Virus record (IMG/VR): IMGVR_UViG_3300013093_000020
DNA from: a virus
Length of the DNA: 64,000 bases
Strand: one strand, 5' to 3'
Of this stretch, positions 8,707 through 18,036 are shown piece after piece. Both the position numbers and the translations under genes were made by a program. The notes under the pieces were generated by a model. The model had not been told where the DNA came from, searched no databases, and saw only the letters and a list, made by a program, of their open reading frames with translations. How positions within the stretch are numbered: position 1 is the first letter of the stretch; every line of letters begins with the position of its first letter.

Positions 8707-10487
8707 TATTCTGTGACTTCTAGATCCGTGGCATATGATGTAAAGCCATTTTCTTTGATGACTTTGAGTACATTGTTAACACGACCTACAAGCTCGTCCC
8801 TGTGCGATATTAAGAACACATTCTTTTTGCGTTCTCGAGTCATCTTTTTCAGCACAGCCAGTGCAGATTCGACGCCTGAGCTGTCTAGTCCATTGTCTAT
8901 GAGCTCGTCTACAAACAGCAAGTTTACATTTTGATATAGACTTTCCCACACATCGCGGAACGCCCAACTTAGTCCTAGGATCAAGCGATTGCGTTCACCA
9001 CGCGATAAGTTGTCAAAGTCTAAATCCTGTCCTAGCTGTGTAATTATCACGGTCAAGTCATTTTGAAAAACTACAGTATGTGGTAGACCCATGCGATCTA
9101 GATAGTAAGTCAATCGGTTATTCAAGTAAGCTAGGTTCTGATCAATGATCTTCTTGCGTATAAATGAATCTTTAGACGTTAATAGCTTGAGCAAGAATTC
9201 TTGATGCTCCCGCATAGTGGTCAAACTGTTGATTTCATCAAAACTAATTGCCTGTATGGCTGTGTTGCGCAGTTCATCTATCTGTTCTTGATAAGGATCA
9301 GACTCGCCTGCACGGATAGTTAGATTAGTTTCTAGAGTGTTCAAGTTGTTCTGATGCTTGAGAGCCTGCTCAACAGTGTCATAGTAAGTGTCCGGACGGC
9401 CATTTAGCTCGCCAATGGCTGAAATTTCAGCTGTGAGCTTGGCGAGGTCCGCAGCGATCTTGTCTTGATACTGTTGTGATTCTGAGAGATGTTTCATGGC
9501 ACCGGCAGTCATCTCCTCGTGTTTGTGATCATGCAACTGTTGATCGCAAGCATGACACTTCTTATTACTGAGAGAGGCCAACTCTGCGGTATACTTTTTT
9601 ACCGCTTTTTCCGCTTGCGCTAGCGCAGCGTCTAACGTCGCTCGTTCCTTATTCAGGCTTTTTAGCTTCTGCGAAGCTTCTTCGTAAACTTTTAGCTCCG
9701 CATGCTTCGCAAGCTCAGCTTCAATATCTACGCTCTCTAGTTCTACAATCGCGCGGCCGATCTTTTCAAGATCTTGAGTTTGCTGTTGTCGCCATGCACT
9801 TTGTTTCGACAATAATCCATCAACACTTTTTTGAATATTATCATTTGACTTCTTAGTAGCTTCGATATCTGCATTTGCTTGGAATATAGCTTCTTTAGTT
9901 TGTCTGACTAGTTCTTTAAGTGCTTCTGCTTTTTCACTTAATAGTGTAATACCTAGTAATTGTTCAATGATTACTCGTTGATCATTGGCTTTCATACTTA
10001 AGAAAGGCTCATTGTATGTGTTAAGCGCAATGATGTGCTTGAACATGTCGTGACTCATACCTAGTAAATCATCTAGATCCTTTTGTGTCTCACGCATATC
10101 CCCTTGAGCATCATCGGTTTCGCCTGTATCTTGTTCTTGATCATTGACAAAGAATTTTAATACATTAGGTTTGCGACCTCTTTCAATACGATAGCTAGCA
10201 CCATCTTTTTCAAATGCCAGCGTAACTAGCATATTCTTATTATTGATCTTATTGATCAAGTTATCTTTTTTAATATTAGTGAGCGCATTACCAAATAAAG
10301 CATAACTCAGTGCATTGACAATAGTTGTTTTACCTGTGCCGTTGCGTTCTCCGCTATCGCCGCCGCCTTGATCTAGATTCTCTCCTAGCACGAGTGTTAG
10401 GTTTTCTTGATCTAAATCAACTGCTTGGGTACTATTACCCACGCTCATAAAGTTTTTAACTGTTAATTCTTTTAATTTGATTGTCAT
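8706..10487 (-). CDS. gp46: Recombination ATPase subunit (gp46/SbcC/Rad50)
   Basis: KNFMSVGN, Walker A NGTGKTT, CHAC zinc hook in coiled coil, LSRGE signature, LLFVDE, ISH. Confidence 0.95.
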   Translation of the reverse strand: MTIKLKELTVKNFMSVGNSTQAVDLDQENLTLVLGENLDQGGGDSGERNGTGKTTIVNALSYALFGNALTNIKKDNLINKINNKNMLVTLAFEKDGASYRIERGRKPNVLKFFVNDQEQDTGETDDAQGDMRETQKDLDDLLGMSHDMFKHIIALNTYNEPFLSMKANDQRVIIEQLLGITLLSEKAEALKELVRQTKEAIFQANADIEATKKSNDNIQKSVDGLLSKQSAWRQQQTQDLEKIGRAIVELESVDIEAELAKHAELKVYEEASQKLKSLNKERATLDAALAQAEKAVKKYTAELASLSNKKCHACDQQLHDHKHEEMTAGAMKHLSESQQYQDKIAADLAKLTAEISAIGELNGRPDTYYDTVEQALKHQNNLNTLETNLTIRAGESDPYQEQIDELRNTAIQAISFDEINSLTTMREHQEFLLKLLTSKDSFIRKKIIDQNLAYLNNRLTYYLDRMGLPHTVVFQNDLTVIITQLGQDLDFDNLSRGERNRLILGLSWAFRDVWESLYQNVNLLFVDELIDNGLDSSGVESALAVLKKMTRERKKNVFLISHRDELVGRVNNVLKVIKENGFTSYATDLEVTE

Positions 10488-11497
10488 AGGCTGTTATAAA
10501 TGGCTAATAGCATGTTTTTGTCAAAGGCATCTGATTCGATACTGACTAATTGATTGCTTACAATTTGATTTACTGATTCAAATGCTTGTATATCAATATC
10601 TGTACTAATCTCAAGTTGCTTTTTCTCAGCTATTAGTGTTAATTCTCGTATCTTGTACTTGGCCATAAAGTCTTCTTTGATAAAGCTGGCCTCTTCAAAT
10701 GTAATATCAATGTCAAGCGCAACTCTTAAATGTTGATTAGGCTTAACAATAGTATCGGCTTCGTCAATTAATTGACTTAGTTTTACAGTACGGAATGTGG
10801 GTTGATTGGGCCAGCTAAAGTATTCAGGCTCTCCTCCCCATTCTAATACCATCATACCACGATCATCGTCCCACGCATCGGCATAATTGTGCGGAAATGC
10901 ATTGCCGATATAGATCATATTCTCCTGCCGTTGGCGCTTATGAAAGTGCCCACTGAACCCTAGCTCATAGTTTTGAAAACTGTCAAGTTGTATCTCCCCA
11001 TGATCTGGCATCTGGATCATGGCATTCATAAAAAAGTTAGGCAATTCAAAGTGACCAAAGATATATTTGCCACCTTTCCTTCCTACAGTTTTCCATTCTT
11101 CACCAACGAGCCAGGGACACAGTGTGACATTTCCAATAGTAGTAGGCTCATGTACCACAGTGACGCCAGGTATATACTTTCCAAACTCCACACTGTGTAT
11201 GTCCCGTTTGTCTTTATAGTACAGATCATGATTACCAGGAAAGAAATAGAAGTTATCAAACGCCTGCCCCAGCTTTTCCAAGGCCCTAAGGCTATAATCC
11301 ATTGTAGTAATGTTAAGGCTATTGCGATTATGATGCCAATCGCCCATAAAGATACCTGTATCACATCCTTCCTCCTTGGCTTTTGCAATAAACCAATCTA
11401 CGAAATCTTCGCAGTCTTGATTGTGTATTGATGAATTGCTCTTTAGACCGAAATGAATATCGGTAAAGCAGGCTACTTTTTTAAATAAATTACTCAC
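10484..11497 (-). CDS. gp47: Recombination nuclease subunit (gp47/SbcD/Mre11)
   Basis: DIHFG, GD, GNHD, GHF, SGHFH metallophosphoesterase motifs; adjacent to gp46. Confidence 0.95.
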   Translation of the reverse strand: MSNLFKKVACFTDIHFGLKSNSSIHNQDCEDFVDWFIAKAKEEGCDTGIFMGDWHHNRNSLNITTMDYSLRALEKLGQAFDNFYFFPGNHDLYYKDKRDIHSVEFGKYIPGVTVVHEPTTIGNVTLCPWLVGEEWKTVGRKGGKYIFGHFELPNFFMNAMIQMPDHGEIQLDSFQNYELGFSGHFHKRQRQENMIYIGNAFPHNYADAWDDDRGMMVLEWGGEPEYFSWPNQPTFRTVKLSQLIDEADTIVKPNQHLRVALDIDITFEEASFIKEDFMAKYKIRELTLIAEKKQLEISTDIDIQAFESVNQIVSNQLVSIESDAFDKNMLLAIYNSL

Positions 11498-12329
11498 TTG
11501 ATTCCTCGTTGTGTCTTTTTAGTGCCGCTTCGTGCTCGCCAGCACCAGTTCTACTATAGCTAGGATTCATTCCATTCATTTCTAAAATATCATCACGGAT
11601 ATTTTGATTGCGTTTTTCGATATTAATAACACGAACAAAACTATTAGTAACAGCCGCAGTAAAATATGCGAAAGGATTGTCTGATTTACTTTCGTCAAAT
11701 TGTAATCCAATTTGTGTTAACTGCAAAATGGCCTGTCCTTTCATTTCATCATTGTAAGTATATCCGCGAACATTACCACGGGTAGCATATCTCTCACATA
11801 ACTTTAACATCATTCTAGCTAAAGTTGGAGTAATTTGACCTGCATCTTTGTCAAATTTGCCCTTTTCGATGCTACCCTTCCAATGACTTTTACCAACGCA
11901 TACTAATTCATCTTTGTCATTGAATTTCCAATGCTGGAATGGAGGAAAGTTAACCTTGTCTCTATGATCAGCAAGACTTTTTGGATTCTTTTTACGAGTG
12001 TTATTGAGTGGAATATGATCAAATGTCATGATCCTAAACACTAAATCAGTTTTAGCTATTTTTTTATAATCAACTTCGCAATCTGCTTGCTTGACTTTTT
12101 CTCCAGCAGCTTTTCGCCTCTGGTAATCTTGTTCACCTAATCGCTTGGCTTGATTGCGTTTGGCTTCGGCTATAGTTCGGATATTAATTTTATCTAGATT
12201 AGGCAAAATAATATCATACTGATGGTACTTTGGATCAATAAAACTGCAATACGAAGTTTTTGATCTATGTATTTCTAACAACATATCCTTGTTGTTTAGG
12301 TAATTTACTTTGGCTGGTATTGTTATCAT
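11490..12329 (-). CDS. gp55: Late-transcription sigma factor (T4 gp55-like)
   Basis: NYLNNKDML, GYTYNDEM, FDESKSDNPFAYFT motifs; 55-47-46 synteny as in T4. Confidence 0.85.
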   Translation of the reverse strand: MITIPAKVNYLNNKDMLLEIHRSKTSYCSFIDPKYHQYDIILPNLDKINIRTIAEAKRNQAKRLGEQDYQRRKAAGEKVKQADCEVDYKKIAKTDLVFRIMTFDHIPLNNTRKKNPKSLADHRDKVNFPPFQHWKFNDKDELVCVGKSHWKGSIEKGKFDKDAGQITPTLARMMLKLCERYATRGNVRGYTYNDEMKGQAILQLTQIGLQFDESKSDNPFAYFTAAVTNSFVRVINIEKRNQNIRDDILEMNGMNPSYSRTGAGEHEAALKRHNEESSE

Positions 12330-12349
12330 AACCCGTTCCTATTTTGTTT

Positions 12350-12378
12350 ATTATAAACTACGCACTTTATTTTGTCAA
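12350..12378 (-). promoter_or_regulatory. Consensus sigma70 promoter for the gp55-gp47-gp46 operon
   Basis: TTGACA (12378-12373), 17 nt, TATAAT (12355-12350). Confidence 0.85.
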
Positions 12379-12385
12379 CTAAATA
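12378..12385 (+). promoter_or_regulatory. Late promoter for baseplate operon
   Basis: ACTAAATA about 20 nt upstream of ATG 12405. Confidence 0.6.
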
Positions 12386-12404
12386 CTACTCAAAGGACAA
12401 TATT

Positions 12405-13388
12405 ATGGCAGGAATTCCTACAACTGTTGCAAATGTATCAAATCTAGTATCTTCCGCTGCTACCGGAGTATCCACTCTTGGTAGTTTGGCCAGCGCCGCC
12501 AGTAGTGTTGATGGTATTGCCAGCGCCGCTAGATTGGCTTCTAGTGGACTTCCTGCCGCAGGTGAAGCTATTGGCGATGTTACCAGTGCCATCGCAGCAT
12601 TTACTAGTGATGCTGATCCTAACGATTGGCGAGTAAGACTTAGTTTGAGTACTTGGAGTTCTTTTCAAAACAGTCCAGTATTGGCTCCATTGAAAAGTGC
12701 CGGCGGCCTCATATTTCCTTATACTCCGCAGATCACTATGCAGTCTAGTGCAAAATATGGAAGTGTAAGTCCGACACAGACAAACTATTTGTTTCATTAT
12801 TTTCAAAATAGTGATCCCGGATCTATTAGTATAACAGCACCAATGCATGTTGAAGATAGCACACAGGCACTGTATTGGATTGCCGCCGTGCATTATTTAC
12901 GCAGCCTAACAAAAATGTTTGCAGGTTCTGATCCTAAAGCAGGCAACCCTCCTCCTATAGTTTTCCTAAGCGGATACGGAAATTATGTATTCCATAATGT
13001 TCCTGTTGTAATTACAAAATTTAGTTGCGATTTAATGAACGACTGTGATTATATTCAAACAAATGTTGTAGGCAGCGCTGCTGGCCAAATACAAGGTATT
13101 GCTGATAGTGTGAGCGGCTTAACTGGTGCGGTTGGACAAATATTTCCCGATATTAACGGGACTTTAAATGCTATTAATGATGTAGCAGGCATTGTCGGAC
13201 AAGTGGCTGCACTAGCAGGCCAGTTTGGTGTCGGTGGATCAGTTAGTGGCGGCAGTGCCTATGTACCGACTAAGAGTCAAATTAAAGTAGAGCTTACTCC
13301 GATGTATAGTAGAAACAGTGTCAAGAACTTTAGTCTTGATAGATTTGTCGAAGGCGGCTATCTTAACAATCCATTTAGTTACATTTAA
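12405..13388 (+). CDS. Baseplate tube-initiator/tube-like protein (gp48/gp54-like)
   Basis: ATG 12405 with AAGGA SD; FPYTPQIT and GNPPPIVFLSGYG motifs; precedes gp53-like gene. Confidence 0.55.
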   Translation: MAGIPTTVANVSNLVSSAATGVSTLGSLASAASSVDGIASAARLASSGLPAAGEAIGDVTSAIAAFTSDADPNDWRVRLSLSTWSSFQNSPVLAPLKSAGGLIFPYTPQITMQSSAKYGSVSPTQTNYLFHYFQNSDPGSISITAPMHVEDSTQALYWIAAVHYLRSLTKMFAGSDPKAGNPPPIVFLSGYGNYVFHNVPVVITKFSCDLMNDCDYIQTNVVGSAAGQIQGIADSVSGLTGAVGQIFPDINGTLNAINDVAGIVGQVAALAGQFGVGGSVSGGSAYVPTKSQIKVELTPMYSRNSVKNFSLDRFVEGGYLNNPFSYI

Positions 13389-13390
13389 TT

Positions 13391-13696
13391 ATGACAGCCA
13401 AATATATTAATACAAGTCCTTGGTATACTACTCCGATATTGAATAATCAATACCTTGATTATTTTCAAATTAGGTCAGTGAGTGCAGAACCCGATGACGT
13501 ATCGTATGTTATACAAAGTCAATATGCATATAGACCAGATTTATTATCCTATGACTTGTATGGAACAGAAAGACTATGGTGGGTCTTTGCACAAAGAAAT
13601 TTGGATGTAATACAAGATCCTATTTTAGATTTTGTGCCAGGTGTGCAAATTTATATTCCTAAAAAAAGCAGCCTATTTACAGTACTAGGATTATAA
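13391..13696 (+). CDS. Baseplate wedge protein (gp53/LysM-like)
   Basis: RPDLLSYDLYGTERLWWVFAQRN motif. Confidence 0.8.
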   Translation: MTAKYINTSPWYTTPILNNQYLDYFQIRSVSAEPDDVSYVIQSQYAYRPDLLSYDLYGTERLWWVFAQRNLDVIQDPILDFVPGVQIYIPKKSSLFTVLGL

Positions 13697-13697
13697 T

Positions 13698-15890
13698 ATG
13701 GCCAATGTTGTCAGTGCAGTTACAAGTGTCACAGCGGTTACAGCTGCGGTAGTAGGTGTTGCTAAAATTGCCGGGTTAGGTTCAAAGAAAACGACCGGAG
13801 CTCCACCTGGAATAATTCCAAACCCATTATCGAGCTATGCTAGTTGGAATTATATTATCAGCCTTGGTATTTTATCACCTGACGATGTTAACGATCCGTC
13901 AAATGTTATTAAGGGAACCGTAAGTCCTTTATGGATTCTCCATGGTGCTAATGCTGAGCCTAATAATAGAGTTAGAACTCCCTACGGACAATTTGATTTT
14001 TTTATTGATGATCTTGAAATTACTTGTGCATTAGGTCTTGAGAATGGTAATAATACCAACATGAGCAAGTATAAATTTAAAGTTATAGAACCATATAGCA
14101 TGGGATTATTTTTGCTGGCTTGGCAAACAGGAGCAGTTCAATTAAATTGGATTAACTGGAGAACAGCACCGTTGGTATTGAAGATAGAATTTAGAGGCAA
14201 TACTGAAACTGGCATATTGTCATCTACAATACCAAATACGACAAGATTTTTTATTATTAGTCTTGCTAAAATTACTACTAAGGTCACCGGTGCAGGAGCA
14301 GAGCATTACTGCGAAGCTACTGGATTCATCGACGGCGCACTTAACGAAGATTCAGTAAGGGCTAAACAAGATGCTTCTCTTACCGGATCAACCGTACAAG
14401 AAATTTTGCAAACCGGTGATCAAAGTTTACAGGTAGTGTTGAATCAGCATCAAAAGACAACAACATATCAGAATGGGCTAAGTGTGCCTTCTAAGACTTA
14501 TATTATTACTTTCCCTGATGATATAACAGCAGGAAATGCCGGCAATAAAACAACTACTACTTCTTCAGCTACTGCCGATCCCACTGCAAGTGTATTAACT
14601 AAAGTTGGGGTACAAAAAACAAAACCTGTAGTTTCGGGTAACATATCAATTGACAACTATGCACAAAATACTACTGTGAATCAAATTGGACTAGCTACAA
14701 TGGGATTTGATGTTACATTTAAAACTCCAGTATACCCATTACAAAAAAATAATTTAGTATATAATGCCAAAGCAAAAACTTTTAATAAGGCTAAAAACAC
14801 TACTAAGATTAAAGCTAGCGAATTTAGATTTAGTCAAGATCAAAAAATTGAGGATATGATCAATGAGGTAATACTCAGCAGTCAATATGCAGCTATGATA
14901 AATGATCCTCAAAATATAGATGATAGCGGATTTAAAGGATTATGGAGAATTGATTGCCAGAAATTTATTATTCAAGATCCTAGCAATGTTCCGACTACAG
15001 GCGATTACCCAGAAGTACTAGTATACAGAGTTATACCATATGATTCACATAGTTCTAAAGCCGCAGCTCCAAATACCGGACCTATCGGGATTAAAAATTA
15101 TGCTAATGAAATAATAAAATCGTACAATTATATTTTCACAGGTAAAAATACTGAAATTTTAAATTTTGAGGTTGCATTTAGTACACTAATGTATACCGCG
15201 TTCGGTTCGCAATCACCGTTGTCAACACAAGACTATAACAATTTAACAAATACTACCCCCGGCAAGGATACTAGCAATTCAAATAAGACAAATCAACGAC
15301 AACTTGCTGACGGCAATCTCCCGGTCTTCAGCGAAGGAATTGAAAATTCTTTAGTAAAATATAATGTTACTAACTCGAATACTACGGGCAAAGGCGGTGG
15401 TGGAACAGAAAGCGTCCACACTAAAATAGCTAGAACTTGGTTTGATCTAGCCACAGCTAATCAATCAGACATGATGGTGTTGGATATGACAATTCAGGGA
15501 GACCCACATTTTTTAATAGCAAGTGGTTTCAGTAATTTTGTTTCTCCACCCCTTAGTCGCTTATTAAATTCTGACGGTAGTGCCAACTGGCAAGGTGGAG
15601 AATATCATATTAATATCACATTTCAAACTCCGATTGACATCAATCAAACCACTGGCCTTTATAATTTTGGTAAGAGTAAAACAGCACCGGTAATTTTGTT
15701 TAGCGGCTTCTATTCAGTATCAAGAGTAGTTAATAGATTTGTACAAGGAAAATTCACCCAACAACTATTAGGTAATAGAATTGTAGGCGTACACAATCCG
15801 AATACTGCTACACCGAATCAAATCCTTAATAGTTCTACAGTAGACACAGTTAAGGGAGTTACATCAACGTCATCGGGGGCAAGTAGCTAA
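13698..15890 (+). CDS. Baseplate hub protein (gp27-like)
   Basis: Between gp53-like and gp5-like genes; IQGDP and FSGFYSVSRVVNRFVQGKFTQQL motifs. Confidence 0.6.
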   Translation: MANVVSAVTSVTAVTAAVVGVAKIAGLGSKKTTGAPPGIIPNPLSSYASWNYIISLGILSPDDVNDPSNVIKGTVSPLWILHGANAEPNNRVRTPYGQFDFFIDDLEITCALGLENGNNTNMSKYKFKVIEPYSMGLFLLAWQTGAVQLNWINWRTAPLVLKIEFRGNTETGILSSTIPNTTRFFIISLAKITTKVTGAGAEHYCEATGFIDGALNEDSVRAKQDASLTGSTVQEILQTGDQSLQVVLNQHQKTTTYQNGLSVPSKTYIITFPDDITAGNAGNKTTTTSSATADPTASVLTKVGVQKTKPVVSGNISIDNYAQNTTVNQIGLATMGFDVTFKTPVYPLQKNNLVYNAKAKTFNKAKNTTKIKASEFRFSQDQKIEDMINEVILSSQYAAMINDPQNIDDSGFKGLWRIDCQKFIIQDPSNVPTTGDYPEVLVYRVIPYDSHSSKAAAPNTGPIGIKNYANEIIKSYNYIFTGKNTEILNFEVAFSTLMYTAFGSQSPLSTQDYNNLTNTTPGKDTSNSNKTNQRQLADGNLPVFSEGIENSLVKYNVTNSNTTGKGGGGTESVHTKIARTWFDLATANQSDMMVLDMTIQGDPHFLIASGFSNFVSPPLSRLLNSDGSANWQGGEYHINITFQTPIDINQTTGLYNFGKSKTAPVILFSGFYSVSRVVNRFVQGKFTQQLLGNRIVGVHNPNTATPNQILNSSTVDTVKGVTSTSSGASS

Positions 15891-15891
15891 T

Positions 15892-17532
15892 ATGGGACGA
15901 CCTCAAACTTTCGGTAAATTTTTAAATGTTAGCTATAATGCACTACCACAGGATAATTCAGGTCCTTTTTTAGCTATTGTTGTTGGCCACCAGGATTCGA
16001 GATACATGGGCAGGATAGCAGTTAAATTATTGCGTCCTACTGATAATAGTTTAGTAGATGGTTCAATTAGAGTAGTCAGTCCACTGATGCCCTTTGCCGG
16101 TAGGACTTCATTAACGCCTAATTCTGGTAATGATAATAGTTATGACTCTACTCAAAAGAGTTATGGTATGTGGATGTTACCTCCGGATCCTGGCACACGA
16201 GTTATGGTATGGTTTATTAATGGTGACCCTAAGTATGGGTACTATATGGGCTGTTTGCTAGACGAAGGTATGAATTTTATGATGCCTGGAGTCGCCGCCA
16301 CTACTACAAATGCTGAATCGACTTCGGACAGATTACCTGTAGCAGAATATAACAGAGGATACTATGGACAAAAGGGTGAAGGAAATGACAGCGAAGATCA
16401 AAATTTTGCTAACGACACTGATATACCAAAACCAGTACATCCATTTGCTAAAGTATTAAAAGCGCAAGGTCTTGATCATGACGACATTAGAGGAATTACT
16501 ACTAGTTCTGCCAGGAGAGAAGCCCCTAGTATGGTCTTTGGAATATCTACACCCGGCCCTGTAGACAATCAAGCTAATGCCCCGACAGTTACCTTTGATG
16601 ATGGCTCTGGTAATGTCGACGGAGTCCCTAGTAGCAGATTAGGTGGTACAACTTTCGTCATGGATGACGGTGATCCTGCTTTCTTGCGTAAAGGTCCTGC
16701 AAGTACTACTGCTCCAGATTATGCTGCAATTTTGCAAGGCGACGATCTACCCAGTGACCCAACGATTCCACACAACGAACTAGTACGCATTAGAACACGC
16801 ACTGGCCATCAAATCCTTTTGCATAATTCAGAAGATTTAATTTACATAGGTAATGCAAAAGGCACTGCATGGATAGAATTAACAAGCAATGGTAAAATAG
16901 ACATTTATTCATCTGATAGTATTAGTATTCATAGCAGTAATGATTTTAATTTTTATGCAGACCGTGATGTTAATATTGAAGCAGGAAGAAATATCAATGT
17001 AAAAGCTGCAGGCAAACAGCAGACAGAAATTGGCGCAGATAGTTCCACTATCATCGGCGGTGATAGCACAATTACTATTACAGGGTCTGTGAATCAAACA
17101 GTAGCTGCGAATTTCTTCAGCACAGTAACTGGTAATGCCAATTTTAGCACTGCTGGTCAAAATAGTTTTTCTTCAGGCCAAGGAACAAATATATTATCTG
17201 CAGGAAATTTAGCGATTACAGGAGCTCCGATCAACCTTAATGGCCCTGTTCCAGCTACTGCTGCAATACCGGCTACTCCTGCAATCGCACTATCTGTGCA
17301 TCAAGTTGCTATTAGCGCATCAGCTACAATGACTAGTATTATGCAACGAATTCCACAGAAAGAACCATATATTAATCATGAAAATTATGATCCTAATTTA
17401 GTAACACCGGTATTAACAGATAGAGATGCTACAGCAGATATTAAACCTCCAACTTGGAAAGCTAGTCCATACACTACTAGCCTCGATACATTTGTAACAC
17501 CACCTCCGCCAGCCGACGACACAGGAACTTGA
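15892..17532 (+). CDS. Baseplate central spike (gp5/VgrG-like), no lysozyme domain evident
   Basis: OB-fold motif GRIAVK...PPDPGTRVMVWFING, RTRTGHQI, beta-helix-like repeats. Confidence 0.8.
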   Translation: MGRPQTFGKFLNVSYNALPQDNSGPFLAIVVGHQDSRYMGRIAVKLLRPTDNSLVDGSIRVVSPLMPFAGRTSLTPNSGNDNSYDSTQKSYGMWMLPPDPGTRVMVWFINGDPKYGYYMGCLLDEGMNFMMPGVAATTTNAESTSDRLPVAEYNRGYYGQKGEGNDSEDQNFANDTDIPKPVHPFAKVLKAQGLDHDDIRGITTSSARREAPSMVFGISTPGPVDNQANAPTVTFDDGSGNVDGVPSSRLGGTTFVMDDGDPAFLRKGPASTTAPDYAAILQGDDLPSDPTIPHNELVRIRTRTGHQILLHNSEDLIYIGNAKGTAWIELTSNGKIDIYSSDSISIHSSNDFNFYADRDVNIEAGRNINVKAAGKQQTEIGADSSTIIGGDSTITITGSVNQTVAANFFSTVTGNANFSTAGQNSFSSGQGTNILSAGNLAITGAPINLNGPVPATAAIPATPAIALSVHQVAISASATMTSIMQRIPQKEPYINHENYDPNLVTPVLTDRDATADIKPPTWKASPYTTSLDTFVTPPPPADDTGT

Positions 17533-17544
17533 TAGGAAATAATT

Positions 17545-17991
17545 ATGACAACAAACGCAAATCTCTACGATAAAATCGTAATAAAATCTCCATACGATCC
17601 TAGAAATCTTCAAGGTCGTATGTATAAAGGATTTAGTACAATAAGTGCCGATGCAGTTAATTTTTCATTGTTTGATTATCAATTGATCAAGCAAGACATA
17701 CTAAATCATTTCTTCACAAGACAGGGCGAAAGGCTAATGAACGCTACTTACGGTTGTGTGATCTGGGACCTTTTATACGAGCCATTAACTGAAGATTTAA
17801 AATATCTAATTAAAACCAATGTTGAATATATTGCTAATAGTGATCCTAGAGTAAGTGCTAAAGAAATACTGATATCTACATATGAAACTGGTATACAAGT
17901 GCAGATCACGCTAGAATATAAACCTTATAACCTAAATGAGCAATTGACTTTACAGTTTGATCAAAGTAATAATTTGTTGTTAGGACAATAA
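17545..17991 (+). CDS. gp25: Baseplate wedge protein gp25-like
   Basis: IKQDILNHFFTRQGERLMNATYG...DPRV. Confidence 0.9.
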   Translation: MTTNANLYDKIVIKSPYDPRNLQGRMYKGFSTISADAVNFSLFDYQLIKQDILNHFFTRQGERLMNATYGCVIWDLLYEPLTEDLKYLIKTNVEYIANSDPRVSAKEILISTYETGIQVQITLEYKPYNLNEQLTLQFDQSNNLLLGQ

Positions 17992-18036
17992 TATACACAG
18001 AAAATTCTACAAAATAAATATGATATAGGATAAAAT

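Noticed and set aside
10973-11431. 152-aa antisense ORF in gp47
   Set aside because: In-register antisense frame, explained by local absence of TTA/CTA/TCA codons; no SD
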